32,000 bases of DNA, taken from the NCBI GenBank assembly GCA_964354495.1, contig CAYHAA010000009.1:30001-62000 (forward strand), read 5' to 3'. Of the stretch, positions 1-7,902 are shown piece after piece. How positions within the stretch are numbered: position 1 is the stretch's first letter; every line of letters begins with the position of its first letter. The stretch is from an uncultured archaeon. Its GTDB lineage: Archaea; Asgardarchaeota; Thorarchaeia; Thorarchaeales; Thorarchaeaceae. Below the pieces are notes generated by a model. The model had not been told where the DNA came from, did no database searches, and saw only the letters and a program-made list of their open reading frames with translations. The position numbers and the translations under genes are program-made.

Positions 1-783
1 AGCATCAACCCAGACATAGAGTTTGAGACTCTCATCGCCAGGATACGGGATACCCCATTCCAGGTCTCTTGTGATGCACCAGTCCTTGAGACCCTCATTC
101 ACCCAACCGAGAGCGTAGTTCTTTGCTACCTTTGAACCGTCGACGTCGGTAAGATACTTCTTCAGAAAATCCTGGAATGCAGACAGTCTGAAGTAGTAGT
201 GCGTTCGAGTGACTGTCCGGGTCGGAGAGCCACAGATGGCACATCTTGGATTCAGAACTTCGCCTGGTTCCAGATACCGACCGCAGCCCTGGTCGCACTC
301 ATCGCCGCGAGCGTCCATATGACAATATGGGCACTCACCACGGACATATCGATCCGGCAGAGACCTGCGATCGTTGTCACAATATGGGGAGGCCAAGTCT
401 TTCGGATAGATGTGCCCGTTCTTCTGAAGCTCTTTCACGATCTGAAGGGTGCGAGCGATGTTTTCAGGATCATCAGTCGTGCCGTAGTTGTCAAAGTTGA
501 TATTGAGCTTGGGAAAGATGTCGAGATAGTACTGGTGGTACTTTGTATAGAGCTCTTTGGGACTGACGCCAGCGGCCTCTGCTGCGGTCAGGACAGGGGT
601 ACCATGGGTGTCTGAGCCACAGACGAATGTAACATCCACTCCCATCTTCTTCAGGAGTCTGACAAACACGTCGGCAGGTACATAGGTCCTGAGGTGACCG
701 ATGTGCATCTGCCCACTAGCATATGGAAGTCCGCAAGTTACAAGGACTGGATCTTTAGTGGGGTAGTTTCTCAGTCTAGTCAC
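1..783 (-). CDS. metG: Methionyl-tRNA synthetase, N-terminal part (runs off the window start; missed by the ORF track)
   Basis: Manual translation from GTG at 783 gives VLVTCGLPYASGQMHIGHLRTY (HIGH motif), FVCGSDTHGTP, Zn-knuckle DRYVRGECPYC...DECDQGCG and DWCITRDLEWGIP...YVWVDA. The frame is open to base 1. Confidence 0.96.
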   Translation of the reverse strand, partial: MTRLRNYPTKDPVLVTCGLPYASGQMHIGHLRTYVPADVFVRLLKKMGVDVTFVCGSDTHGTPVLTAAEAAGVSPKELYTKYHQYYLDIFPKLNINFDNYGTTDDPENIARTLQIVKELQKNGHIYPKDLASPYCDNDRRSLPDRYVRGECPYCHMDARGDECDQGCGRYLEPGEVLNPRCAICGSPTRTVTRTHYYFRLSAFQDFLKKYLTDVDGSKVAKNYALGWVNEGLKDWCITRDLEWGIPYPGDESLKLYVWVDA

Positions 784-932
784 ACTCCTTCAGATTTTCT
801 TGAAGACCTACTGTTTTCTGAGAACGGACATCTCTGCAGAAAAGGAAGTTGCCCTACTCTAGAGTAATCGTCACTGGGGGCACCTGATACATGTGGTTCT
901 TGTTTTCTTTCTGTGAGTTCTTTTCCCGCCAT
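780..932 (-). CDS. Possible 50-aa upstream ORF coupled to metG
   Basis: ATG at 932 reads MAGKELTERKQEPHVSG...RKSEGV*. Its TGA (782-780) overlaps the metG GTG start (GTGA overlap). No recognisable family. Confidence 0.3.
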   Translation of the reverse strand: MAGKELTERKQEPHVSGAPSDDYSRVGQLPFLQRCPFSENSRSSRKSEGV

Positions 933-1019
933 CAGTTAGTAGGTTACAGATTGACCGCCAATGAGGGATATAACTTTGACGGCATACCTTAAGAGTCAGT
1001 CAATCGAAACATCAGCAAT

Positions 1020-2102
1020 ATGACCAGAGACTGGATTTCAGCCTTAGAAGCGGTGCCTCTAGATTGGCTTCTGGAAGCAGACAATCCTCCAGTCCGGTTC
1101 TACACCATGAGAGACCTCCTGGATTATCGAGCAGATAATTCTGAGTTGATTGCTGCGAACGAGGCGATTATCAGCTGTCGACCGGTTCAACAGATACTGA
1201 AGAAACAGAACTCCGATGGATCATGGATGTCTAAGGATGAACCCTACATCCCGAAGTACAAGTCCTCGTATTGGCAGGTCATGCTCCTTGCGATGTTCGG
1301 CATGAATCGCAGGAATCCACAAGTAGAGTCAGCAATCAACCACCTACTTGCTTTTCAGCACCCAGAAGGCGGTTTTGAAACACATGAAGCAACAAGGAAG
1401 CAATACGAGTTCGTGCGCAAGAGAAACCTAGCCAAGAAGAGACCTACACCAAGTTTCGAGGAGTGGGCGCCTCTCAAGTACAGAGAGATGCAGATGTCCT
1501 GCCTGACAGGAAATGTCTGCCTTGCATTGATTCGGCTGGGATATGAACATCATGATGCCCTAAAGAAAGCACTACAGTGGCTGGTCGAGATTCAGAATGT
1601 GGATGGGGGATGGACATGTCCATATTGGGGAGCTCATAAGAATGACAAGCATGGATGCTTCATGGGCACTATTACACCACTCGACGCATTCTCGGAAGCA
1701 CAAGTGAATCCTAAGGATGCAAGTATGAAGGAAGCGATCAGACACGGAGCTGACTTCCTCCTGATGCATAGACTCTACAAATCTGACCATCATGACTTCA
1801 GCGTGATAGATTCGAGATGGCTGAAAATCTGCGTCCCGCAATTCTTCTTTGACATTCTCAGAGGGTTGGCAGTCCTAACGAAGCTCGGGTATTCGAATGA
1901 CGAACGCATTGATGATGCCTTGCAGATTGTATTGAAGAAACAGGATCGCTCCGGAAAGTGGCATTCGGACTATAGCTATTCAGGTCGCCTCCATGGAACT
2001 ATCGAAAAGAAGGATGAACCCAGCAAGTGGACAACTCTTGAGGTTTTAAGAGTCATAAAGAGAGTCGTTCAAACTAGAGGACATCTTGAATTGAATGAAT
2101 GA
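1020..2102 (+). CDS. Cytoplasmic prenyltransferase/squalene-cyclase-repeat (alpha/alpha barrel) protein, function unknown
   Basis: Four QW-like repeats: KQNSDGSW, FQHPEGGF, IQNVDGGW, KQDRSGKW. Also SCLTGN, GCFMGT and PSKWTTL segments. No DxDD motif and no signal peptide. Confidence 0.8.
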   Translation: MTRDWISALEAVPLDWLLEADNPPVRFYTMRDLLDYRADNSELIAANEAIISCRPVQQILKKQNSDGSWMSKDEPYIPKYKSSYWQVMLLAMFGMNRRNPQVESAINHLLAFQHPEGGFETHEATRKQYEFVRKRNLAKKRPTPSFEEWAPLKYREMQMSCLTGNVCLALIRLGYEHHDALKKALQWLVEIQNVDGGWTCPYWGAHKNDKHGCFMGTITPLDAFSEAQVNPKDASMKEAIRHGADFLLMHRLYKSDHHDFSVIDSRWLKICVPQFFFDILRGLAVLTKLGYSNDERIDDALQIVLKKQDRSGKWHSDYSYSGRLHGTIEKKDEPSKWTTLEVLRVIKRVVQTRGHLELNE

Positions 2103-2259
2103 ATTGCCCATGATTAAGACGACTTCAGAGCGTTGAGGCAATAATATAGCCACATGCAGACTTCTGAGGCTGTCCAAATGAACGACCAAACCTTACATGT
2201 CTTGATTCGCATAGAAATAGTCGTGAATCTCACACAATCTTTCATGGTTGCTATATGAC

Positions 2260-3510
2260 ATGTCAGAGATTGAAAACACGACAGCAGAGGTCACCATATT
2301 TCAGAGGGCTCGCCAGATTCTATTTGAGCCATCAGAGGTGATTCAATCTGATGTGGTCCGAATGAAGGCACGACTACTGTCATTTGCACTGCTCTTGATG
2401 GTAATCGCTCTTCCTCTGGTTCAACTGTTTCTTGGGACTCTTATTGCCAACCTTGCGTTATTTGTTCTAGCCACATTTCTGTTCTTCTTGATTTACATAG
2501 TGAGCAGAACGAAGTATGTTGTGGCGGCAGGTGTTATCACCACTCTCTGTGTAGCCTTCATGCCCTTTCTATTTCTACTTGTATATTTCAATCAGACTCC
2601 GTTGAGGGTAGCACTGAACGTGATTGTTTGGCCTGTCGTGGCAGCCCTCTTTGGCAGTCAATGGCTTAGCGCGAAGTTCGAAACGCTACTCATTAGTGGA
2701 GAAACAGCTGGACTTCTAGTGTACTGCGGGATTCATCCGAACATTGGACTCATGGTGGCACTGGAACCCATTGTCGATCAAGCATGTCTCTCCCTTATCG
2801 TACTGATTTTCTCATGGGTAGCAAGTTACTACCTCTCACAACTTGCAGAACACAAGAAGTTCCTCGAACAACGTCAACGGGAACTCGAAGTCTATACTTC
2901 CGTTCTGACTCATGATCTTGGTAATGACATGCAGATAGTCAGAGGACTCATTGAACTACTAAACGAAACAATGGAAATACCCGAGGACAAGAAGTCGTAC
3001 ATCACAACAACACTCGCCGTAAGTGAGAGGATGTCTCGGGTCATCAAGCTCTTCTCAGTTGTTGGGCGAGGAGATGAATATGATTTCATCGAGACTCTGC
3101 AGACCATGGCTGATAGAGCAAGGTATGCAAGTAGCGGTGTGAGAATCAGTCTGTTGATGGAATCGGATATTCGATCTGCGGACATCCGACCAGGTGTCCT
3201 TCTTCCGTTGGTTCTTGAGAATCTGTTGAGAAACACAGCGGACTATGTTGGAGAGAGCGCGGTTGTGACCATCCGTTTGGGACTTGTTGAGAAGAGATTG
3301 ATAATCACATATCGTGACAATGGGCCAGGCATTGATCCAAGCATCAGGCCTCGTATCTTCCAAAAGGGCGTTTCTACTAAGGGTGATGGAAAGGGTCTTG
3401 GTCTCTATCTATCTAAGAGAATCGTGGAGTCATATGGTGGCACAATTGAACTTCTTGACGAGAAGGAGACACAGGGCGCAGCATTTCTCATCTCGGTCCC
3501 AGTTCTGTGA
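2260..3510 (+). CDS. Membrane-bound sensor histidine kinase
   Basis: About 6 N-terminal TM segments. H-box LTHDLGN, N-box ENLLRN, G1 DNGPGI, F-box IFQKGVSTK, G2 GKGLGLYLS. ATG at 2260 preferred over the track's TTG at 2248. Confidence 0.93.
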   Translation: MSEIENTTAEVTIFQRARQILFEPSEVIQSDVVRMKARLLSFALLLMVIALPLVQLFLGTLIANLALFVLATFLFFLIYIVSRTKYVVAAGVITTLCVAFMPFLFLLVYFNQTPLRVALNVIVWPVVAALFGSQWLSAKFETLLISGETAGLLVYCGIHPNIGLMVALEPIVDQACLSLIVLIFSWVASYYLSQLAEHKKFLEQRQRELEVYTSVLTHDLGNDMQIVRGLIELLNETMEIPEDKKSYITTTLAVSERMSRVIKLFSVVGRGDEYDFIETLQTMADRARYASSGVRISLLMESDIRSADIRPGVLLPLVLENLLRNTADYVGESAVVTIRLGLVEKRLIITYRDNGPGIDPSIRPRIFQKGVSTKGDGKGLGLYLSKRIVESYGGTIELLDEKETQGAAFLISVPVL

Positions 3511-3561
3511 AGCTTGGCTTCACAAAGCATAGACAAAGAGAGTGGTGGAGGAGCCGTCTTG

Positions 3562-3579
3562 TTGGAACACGTGTTCCAA
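3562..3579. repeat. Perfect 18-bp palindrome TTGGAACAC-GTGTTCCAA
   Basis: Read directly in the gap between the convergent kinase and FG-GAP genes. Its last 15 bp recur exactly at 6430-6444. Confidence 0.9.
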
Positions 3580-3656
3580 TGACGACCCACCTAGGTGTAA
3601 CGCACTTCGGATTCCTAAGAATTGAAACGATTCGGGAACCAGGGACTCACGATACA

Positions 3657-3847
3657 TTAGAATACACTCATGAAAGGATGGGCGAGAATAGTCAGTATAT
3701 CTTCTGGAAATAGCACGCGGTCATACTAGGTTGGCAGCAAAATTGTAGGTACCAGTATAAGGAGCACATCTGCTACGAAACCACAATGAGGAGAATCATG
3801 CCTGAAAGAGCATAGGATTTCTGAAGTATCTCAGAAGCCCAGATCAT
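3657..3847 (-). pseudogene. Probable decayed membrane-protein gene coupled to the FG-GAP gene
   Basis: ATG at 3847 overlaps the FG-GAP stop (ATGA). It reads MIWASEILQKSYALSGMILLIV; a 1-nt shift then continues GFVADVLLILVPTILLPT*YDRVLFPEDILTILAHPFMSVF*. Confidence 0.3.
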
Positions 3848-5244
3848 CTTCTCAGACGCTTGAAAGCAAATGCAACGGCAACCAGTGCGATAGGCACAGC
3901 TACCAGTAGCAATACAACCTCAGGAGTGAATGGAGGTGTGGTGTCATTAGTGGATGTGGTAGATGTGCTAGTGGTTATCGTTCTAGCTTCATCGCTGTCA
4001 TAGTTGCCAATTTCAACTGTCGCGGCGTATAGATACCCCGTTTGGCACTGCTGGAGAATCGTATCGTTCTTGAAGACAGTAATCCATGGATGCGGAAACG
4101 CGGTGACATTGTAGTATACGAAAGCCCATTCGTTCTGAGAGTCGCCATCAAGATCAGCAATGTCAATGCAGGTGTAGGCTGTCTGGTCGCCGTGACCGAG
4201 AGTGATGTTGAACGTGTTGATGATGTTGGTTTCTACCGTTTCATAAATGTAGATTAAACCATTCAATCTGTCAGGAATCACGATGTCAATCTTTCCATCA
4301 TTCGTGATATCACCGGCGAGTGTGGAGAACACTCGACTGGTCAGCAATGGACAGCGCCAAGACTCAACAAAGACGCCTCCAGCGTATTCGAGAACAAGCA
4401 CGAAATCTTGATCTTGGTTGACCAATACTTCATTCTGTCCGTCATTGTCGACATCCTCGATTTGTACCTGTCGGACCATGTTGTGAATATCGCCTGTTGT
4501 GAAGGTATAGTTCCTTATGTTTGCCCAGTGATCAGTCTGCCAGTCAAATAGCCTTAGTAAAGACACTCCTTCAGGATCAGGAAACTCCTCTGTGACAATG
4601 AATTCCAGGTCATCATTATTATCTATATCTCCAACGCAGCAAGCAGGTCCACCGATGTTCCGTGGATCCGACGAAGATATGTTGAGGGCAGGACTATACG
4701 AGTCACCGTTTCTCTTGAATACGACTGACTGAACATTGAAATCGAAGGTTCCAGCAAGAATCTCAAGATAGGGACTCCCGTCGTTATCGAGGTCGCCGAC
4801 TGCGATTGTGACAACCTGGCAGTCATCCCACAATGGATGTGTCAAGTTATGACTGAGAACCATCTGGCCTTCCACGTACTCGTAGATGTGAATCTTGCTT
4901 CCGCTATTCGCGACGATAGTTTCCATCTCAGTATCGCCGTCGATATCTGCCACTTCAATGTCGAAGATCATACCCCAACCAGGAAAATACACATCAAACG
5001 AGCACTCCTTTTGCCAGGTTTGATTGACATTCTCCCACACACTGACATCATGTGAAGCGTAGTCACCACCGAGAAGGATTTCGATTCCCGATGTTGTGTT
5101 TGAGCCTCCAATTAAGCTAATGTCACTTGGCAGGTTCAATTTATTTCTGGCATTATCAGACTTCAAAGTGACTATTGGAAACAGTAACTGAGAAGCTAAT
5201 AGGGATAAAGAAACAACTAGAGCCGCAATAGTCCACGCTTTCAT
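3844..5244 (-). CDS. Secreted, C-terminally anchored FG-GAP/VCBS-repeat beta-propeller protein
   Basis: Signal peptide; about 7 Ca-binding-type loops (ADIDGD, GDLDNDG, GDIDNN, EDVDNDG, GDITNDG, ADLDGD, GNYDSD); Thr/Ser-rich linker; C-terminal TM helix with a KRLRR tail. Confidence 0.87.
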   Translation of the reverse strand: MKAWTIAALVVSLSLLASQLLFPIVTLKSDNARNKLNLPSDISLIGGSNTTSGIEILLGGDYASHDVSVWENVNQTWQKECSFDVYFPGWGMIFDIEVADIDGDTEMETIVANSGSKIHIYEYVEGQMVLSHNLTHPLWDDCQVVTIAVGDLDNDGSPYLEILAGTFDFNVQSVVFKRNGDSYSPALNISSSDPRNIGGPACCVGDIDNNDDLEFIVTEEFPDPEGVSLLRLFDWQTDHWANIRNYTFTTGDIHNMVRQVQIEDVDNDGQNEVLVNQDQDFVLVLEYAGGVFVESWRCPLLTSRVFSTLAGDITNDGKIDIVIPDRLNGLIYIYETVETNIINTFNITLGHGDQTAYTCIDIADLDGDSQNEWAFVYYNVTAFPHPWITVFKNDTILQQCQTGYLYAATVEIGNYDSDEARTITTSTSTTSTNDTTPPFTPEVVLLLVAVPIALVAVAFAFKRLRR

Positions 5245-5530
5245 ACTACTCTGAAGACCCCCTTATGCATAGAGTGACTGAAGGCTGAGGCCATAACTTA
5301 AATGCGCTGGCAGTCCGATTCAGCCGCCGTACTTCTGAGGGATTGAAACAGAATACCTAGCAAGATCCTCAGATATTCGGAACTCCTGATATGTATGAAT
5401 AGGCACAGATAGAGAAGCCATATCGTTTTGTAGGCTCTATGGAGGATCCTGATATCGGTTCTATTCGCACTACCAATGCGCCAGAGAATCGGAAGAGTCA
5501 TTAGCGGTTCTTGAATAACGAAAGAGCGAG

Positions 5531-6431
5531 ATGAAACTTCGCTCTGGACAGTAGGGTATACAGAAGAATTGAGTTTCTTGAGGGACTATATGCACTGTCA
5601 GGACTGGCGCTTCTGGTTTTCTTCAGTCCTTTTGGGGGATTTGGGGTGTACACCGTTTCAGACAGACTACCCTACGAAATAGCTTTGACGTTCATAGGGG
5701 TATTTCAGCTAGTGACACTCTGGCTCGCCAGAAAGGAATTGCCAGAAAGCATCGCTGCAATGGCCTTCCTGAGCTCATTAAGCATTCTGGCACTGCTGCT
5801 CTCTATTCCCGTACTCGGTCAAGGAAACCTGTTCCTTGTCACTGTCATGTATCTGATGATCGCTTTGAATATCATCGACCTTAGTCTACTCAGTCAGGAA
5901 TCAACCACTTCGAGGATGCTGCATCGTCAGGTATTGTATTATAATGATGGGCCTGTCTTACTACTGGTCACATCGCATGTATCCTATGGTTTCATTCTGT
6001 TTTCCCTTAGCGAGTTCTGGCTACCGATAATGGCATACAGTCTGACCACGACTGCAATGATTCTGCTGTATTCAATCTGGATTGCTGGTGCTCTTCTAGT
6101 TCTTGCCATTCCCTTCTTGATACTGCGACAGAAGTATGCTGGGATCCTATTCCTTGTCTTGGATATTGCAGTTCTAATCATGTGCCTTGTTTCAGGCATC
6201 CTTGCAATTCAGCAGCCCGATGCGCTGGTTTCGCCTTGGGAACTTTACAGGGTTTATAAGTTGACACAAATCGGACAAATCGCGCTTATGGGTATCCTAT
6301 TCGGTGTTTTGCCATGCGCGGTCCTCGTGGGGTCAATACCTGCGCTGGATACAGATGAGAAAGCAATCGCTGCTAGGAGAGAGAATCTAGGGAAGCCGGA
6401 CCTTCCAGAGCACAAACAGGAAAACGAGTGA
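5531..6431 (+). CDS. Polytopic membrane protein of unknown function, with a probable frameshift near the start (track start is GTG 5646)
   Basis: About 8 hydrophobic segments. The frame is open from 5535 and encodes an extra TM helix (GLYALSGLALLVFFSPFGGFG) upstream of 5646. The only nearby ATG (5531) is out of frame by one base. Confidence 0.7.
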
Positions 6432-6444
6432 ACACGTGTTCCAA
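6430..6444. repeat. Second copy of GAACACGTGTTCCAA (12-bp palindromic core)
   Basis: Exact 15-bp match to 3565-3579. It overlaps the stop codon of the membrane-protein gene. Confidence 0.85.
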
Positions 6445-6488
6445 CACTTCCTCAAGGATGAGGGCTCAGAAAATTCATAGGTGCTCAA

Positions 6489-6794
6489 ATGAATAGAGGA
6501 GAGAATGGAACTATTCGGAGGGATGGTTGTCTGTCAGTTTTTATGCAATTGATAATAGGTATTGTCTTCCTTGCATTGGTGCTTCTTTCAGCCGAGATAC
6601 TCGATAGACATAGAAAAAGACGAGTTGGTGACAGACCCTCAAGTATCCTTGAGCACAGAGAGAAACAGAGTCCGTACATCATGCCGATGGGGATGCGGGT
6701 GAAACCAGGATTGACATATTCAGGTAATCCAGACTATTCATTGCCTATCCCTGAGTCACATGAGAATGAAGAAGAATATGAAACAGAAACTTGA
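6489..6794 (+). CDS. Small single-pass membrane protein (start may be ATG 6543)
   Basis: TM helix MQLIIGIVFLALVLLSAEIL, then a basic stop-transfer stretch RHRKRR and an acidic tail. Confidence 0.65.
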   Translation: MNRGENGTIRRDGCLSVFMQLIIGIVFLALVLLSAEILDRHRKRRVGDRPSSILEHREKQSPYIMPMGMRVKPGLTYSGNPDYSLPIPESHENEEEYETET

Positions 6795-6962
6795 CTTGCT
6801 TAGCTCATTCTCTCGCTGTGAGCAGTCTATCCTCGGGTCTTATGGTACGCAATCTACTCTTCAATCTGTGCTTCCGAAGAAGGGTTGTTGATCCTCTAGA
6901 GTTACCAAGCTTCGTCCTTCGTACAGACATGTCAATCACAACACATGATTTCGGAAAATGGT

Positions 6963-7055
6963 GTGGGGGACAGACCCGAGAGAGTCAGCCCCCACTGTGT
7001 CTCTGATGCCGGGAGGTGCACGGAGACAGCGAATTGACCTCATTTTTCAATGAGG
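6963..7055 (+). ncRNA. Cluster of three hairpins; candidate structured RNA or terminator region
   Basis: GTGGGGG/CCCCCAC stem (6963-6995) with a GAGA loop; TGTCTCT/GGAGACA stem (6998-7028); CCTCATT-TTTC-AATGAGG (7038-7055). Lies between convergent small genes. Confidence 0.35.
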
Positions 7056-7067
7056 AGCGTAAAGATG

Positions 7068-7208
7068 TCAGGAACTCGCGTACAGGTATCGAAGACTCTG
7101 TGCGTCTTGATCTGTAGGCTCACGGTCGCTATCTAGAAGGCCATAGAGAGTGTGAAGAATTTCGGCGTTCTTCTGGAGGGTTGATGTGTGTCTTGTTGTT
7201 TCGGCCAT
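7068..7208 (-). CDS. Small hypothetical protein, 46 aa (52 aa from ATG 7226); below the ORF-track cutoff
   Basis: MAETTRHTSTLQKNAEILHTLYGLLDSDREPTDQDAQSLRYLYASS*. Purine-rich GGAGAAGG precedes the ATG, and the sequence has an amphipathic helical pattern. Confidence 0.5.
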   Translation of the reverse strand: MAETTRHTSTLQKNAEILHTLYGLLDSDREPTDQDAQSLRYLYASS

Positions 7209-7441
7209 TTCGCCTTCTCCGAGCATATTCAAGTTGTGTGGTACAACTGACCTCTACTACGCTTGGAATTCAAATAAAGCTAAGCGTTATGTCCAGAGTA
7301 CGGTCGTAATACAAGGGACATACAAGGGGCTGATTCTGACAATATACCTGTAGAATGAAGCTACAACGGCTGAAGACCCTGTAAATCGTACCCAAGATTC
7401 CCAGTTCCAAAAGAAGAGATGGGGAGAGGGGGTTCATATGA

Positions 7442-7852
7442 TTACTGGCGCGATTCAGAACTAGAGCAGCTGTAACATCTATTGGTATGAACACACAATG
7501 TCTTGCCGCATCTCCGGCATCTGTATTTCTCAGCCTGGCTAGAGAGGAACCTCTCCATTCCATGATTCCTTATGAAATTCAGGTTGTCGATCATGCTCAT
7601 GTTGTGTTTTGCTCTATAGCGATTGTCGAGTTTCTTGAGGTGCATACAAGGAAATTGATCACAGTCGAAGCAGAAGTGGACTTCATTTCTCGATAGAAGA
7701 TCGCAGTGTTTCTTCAGAAAGGCACATCCCTTATTCCTGGGTCTGCAGCCGGGACACACAGTCTTCCTCTTTTCCTCAAGCATGGTGTAGCCAAAATATG
7801 CAATGCAGACGGCGCAATTCATTCCGCACGGAGCAATCAGATCTGATCTCAT
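7442..7852 (-). CDS. DUF3795-family Cys-rich (metal/Fe-S binding) protein
   Basis: IAPCGMNCAVC...CPGCR...C...C...FCFDCDQFPC..L pattern, MSMIDNL..I...G, and a C-terminal CxxC...C....CxxC. ATG 7852 preferred over the track start at 7870. Confidence 0.85.
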   Translation of the reverse strand: MRSDLIAPCGMNCAVCIAYFGYTMLEEKRKTVCPGCRPRNKGCAFLKKHCDLLSRNEVHFCFDCDQFPCMHLKKLDNRYRAKHNMSMIDNLNFIRNHGMERFLSSQAEKYRCRRCGKTLCVHTNRCYSCSSSESRQ

Positions 7853-7902
7853 CGAGAGCGCACACGACACTGGTTCCTATAGTCTTGTTGGACGTGCGTC
7901 AT

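Noticed and set aside
95-615. Track ORFs 95-298, 199-615 and 246-500
   Set aside because: They are shadow frames of metG, which occupies 1-783 on the minus strand.
1020-2102. Squalene-hopene or other class II terpene cyclase (or nitrogenase NifH, a label I recall being misapplied to this family)
   Set aside because: No DxDD catalytic motif, only a single barrel of 360 aa, and no P-loop or NifH cysteine motifs.
3507-3815. Plus-strand ORF 3507-3713 and its possible TAG read-through to about 3815
   Set aside because: No recognisable motif or RBS, it overlaps the kinase stop, and nothing in the window supports pyrrolysine decoding.
5298-5501. 67-aa minus-strand ORF
   Set aside because: No family features, and it would leave only about 29 bp for divergent promoters if the next gene starts at 5531. 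Not supportable.
3562-6444. Integrated mobile element bounded by att sites
   Set aside because: No integrase, transposase or tRNA target in or near the block. Kept only as a repeat observation.
7270-7563. 97-aa minus-strand ORF (or 55 aa from ATG 7437)
   Set aside because: The first half overlaps the DUF3795 gene in another frame, and the remainder has no recognisable features.
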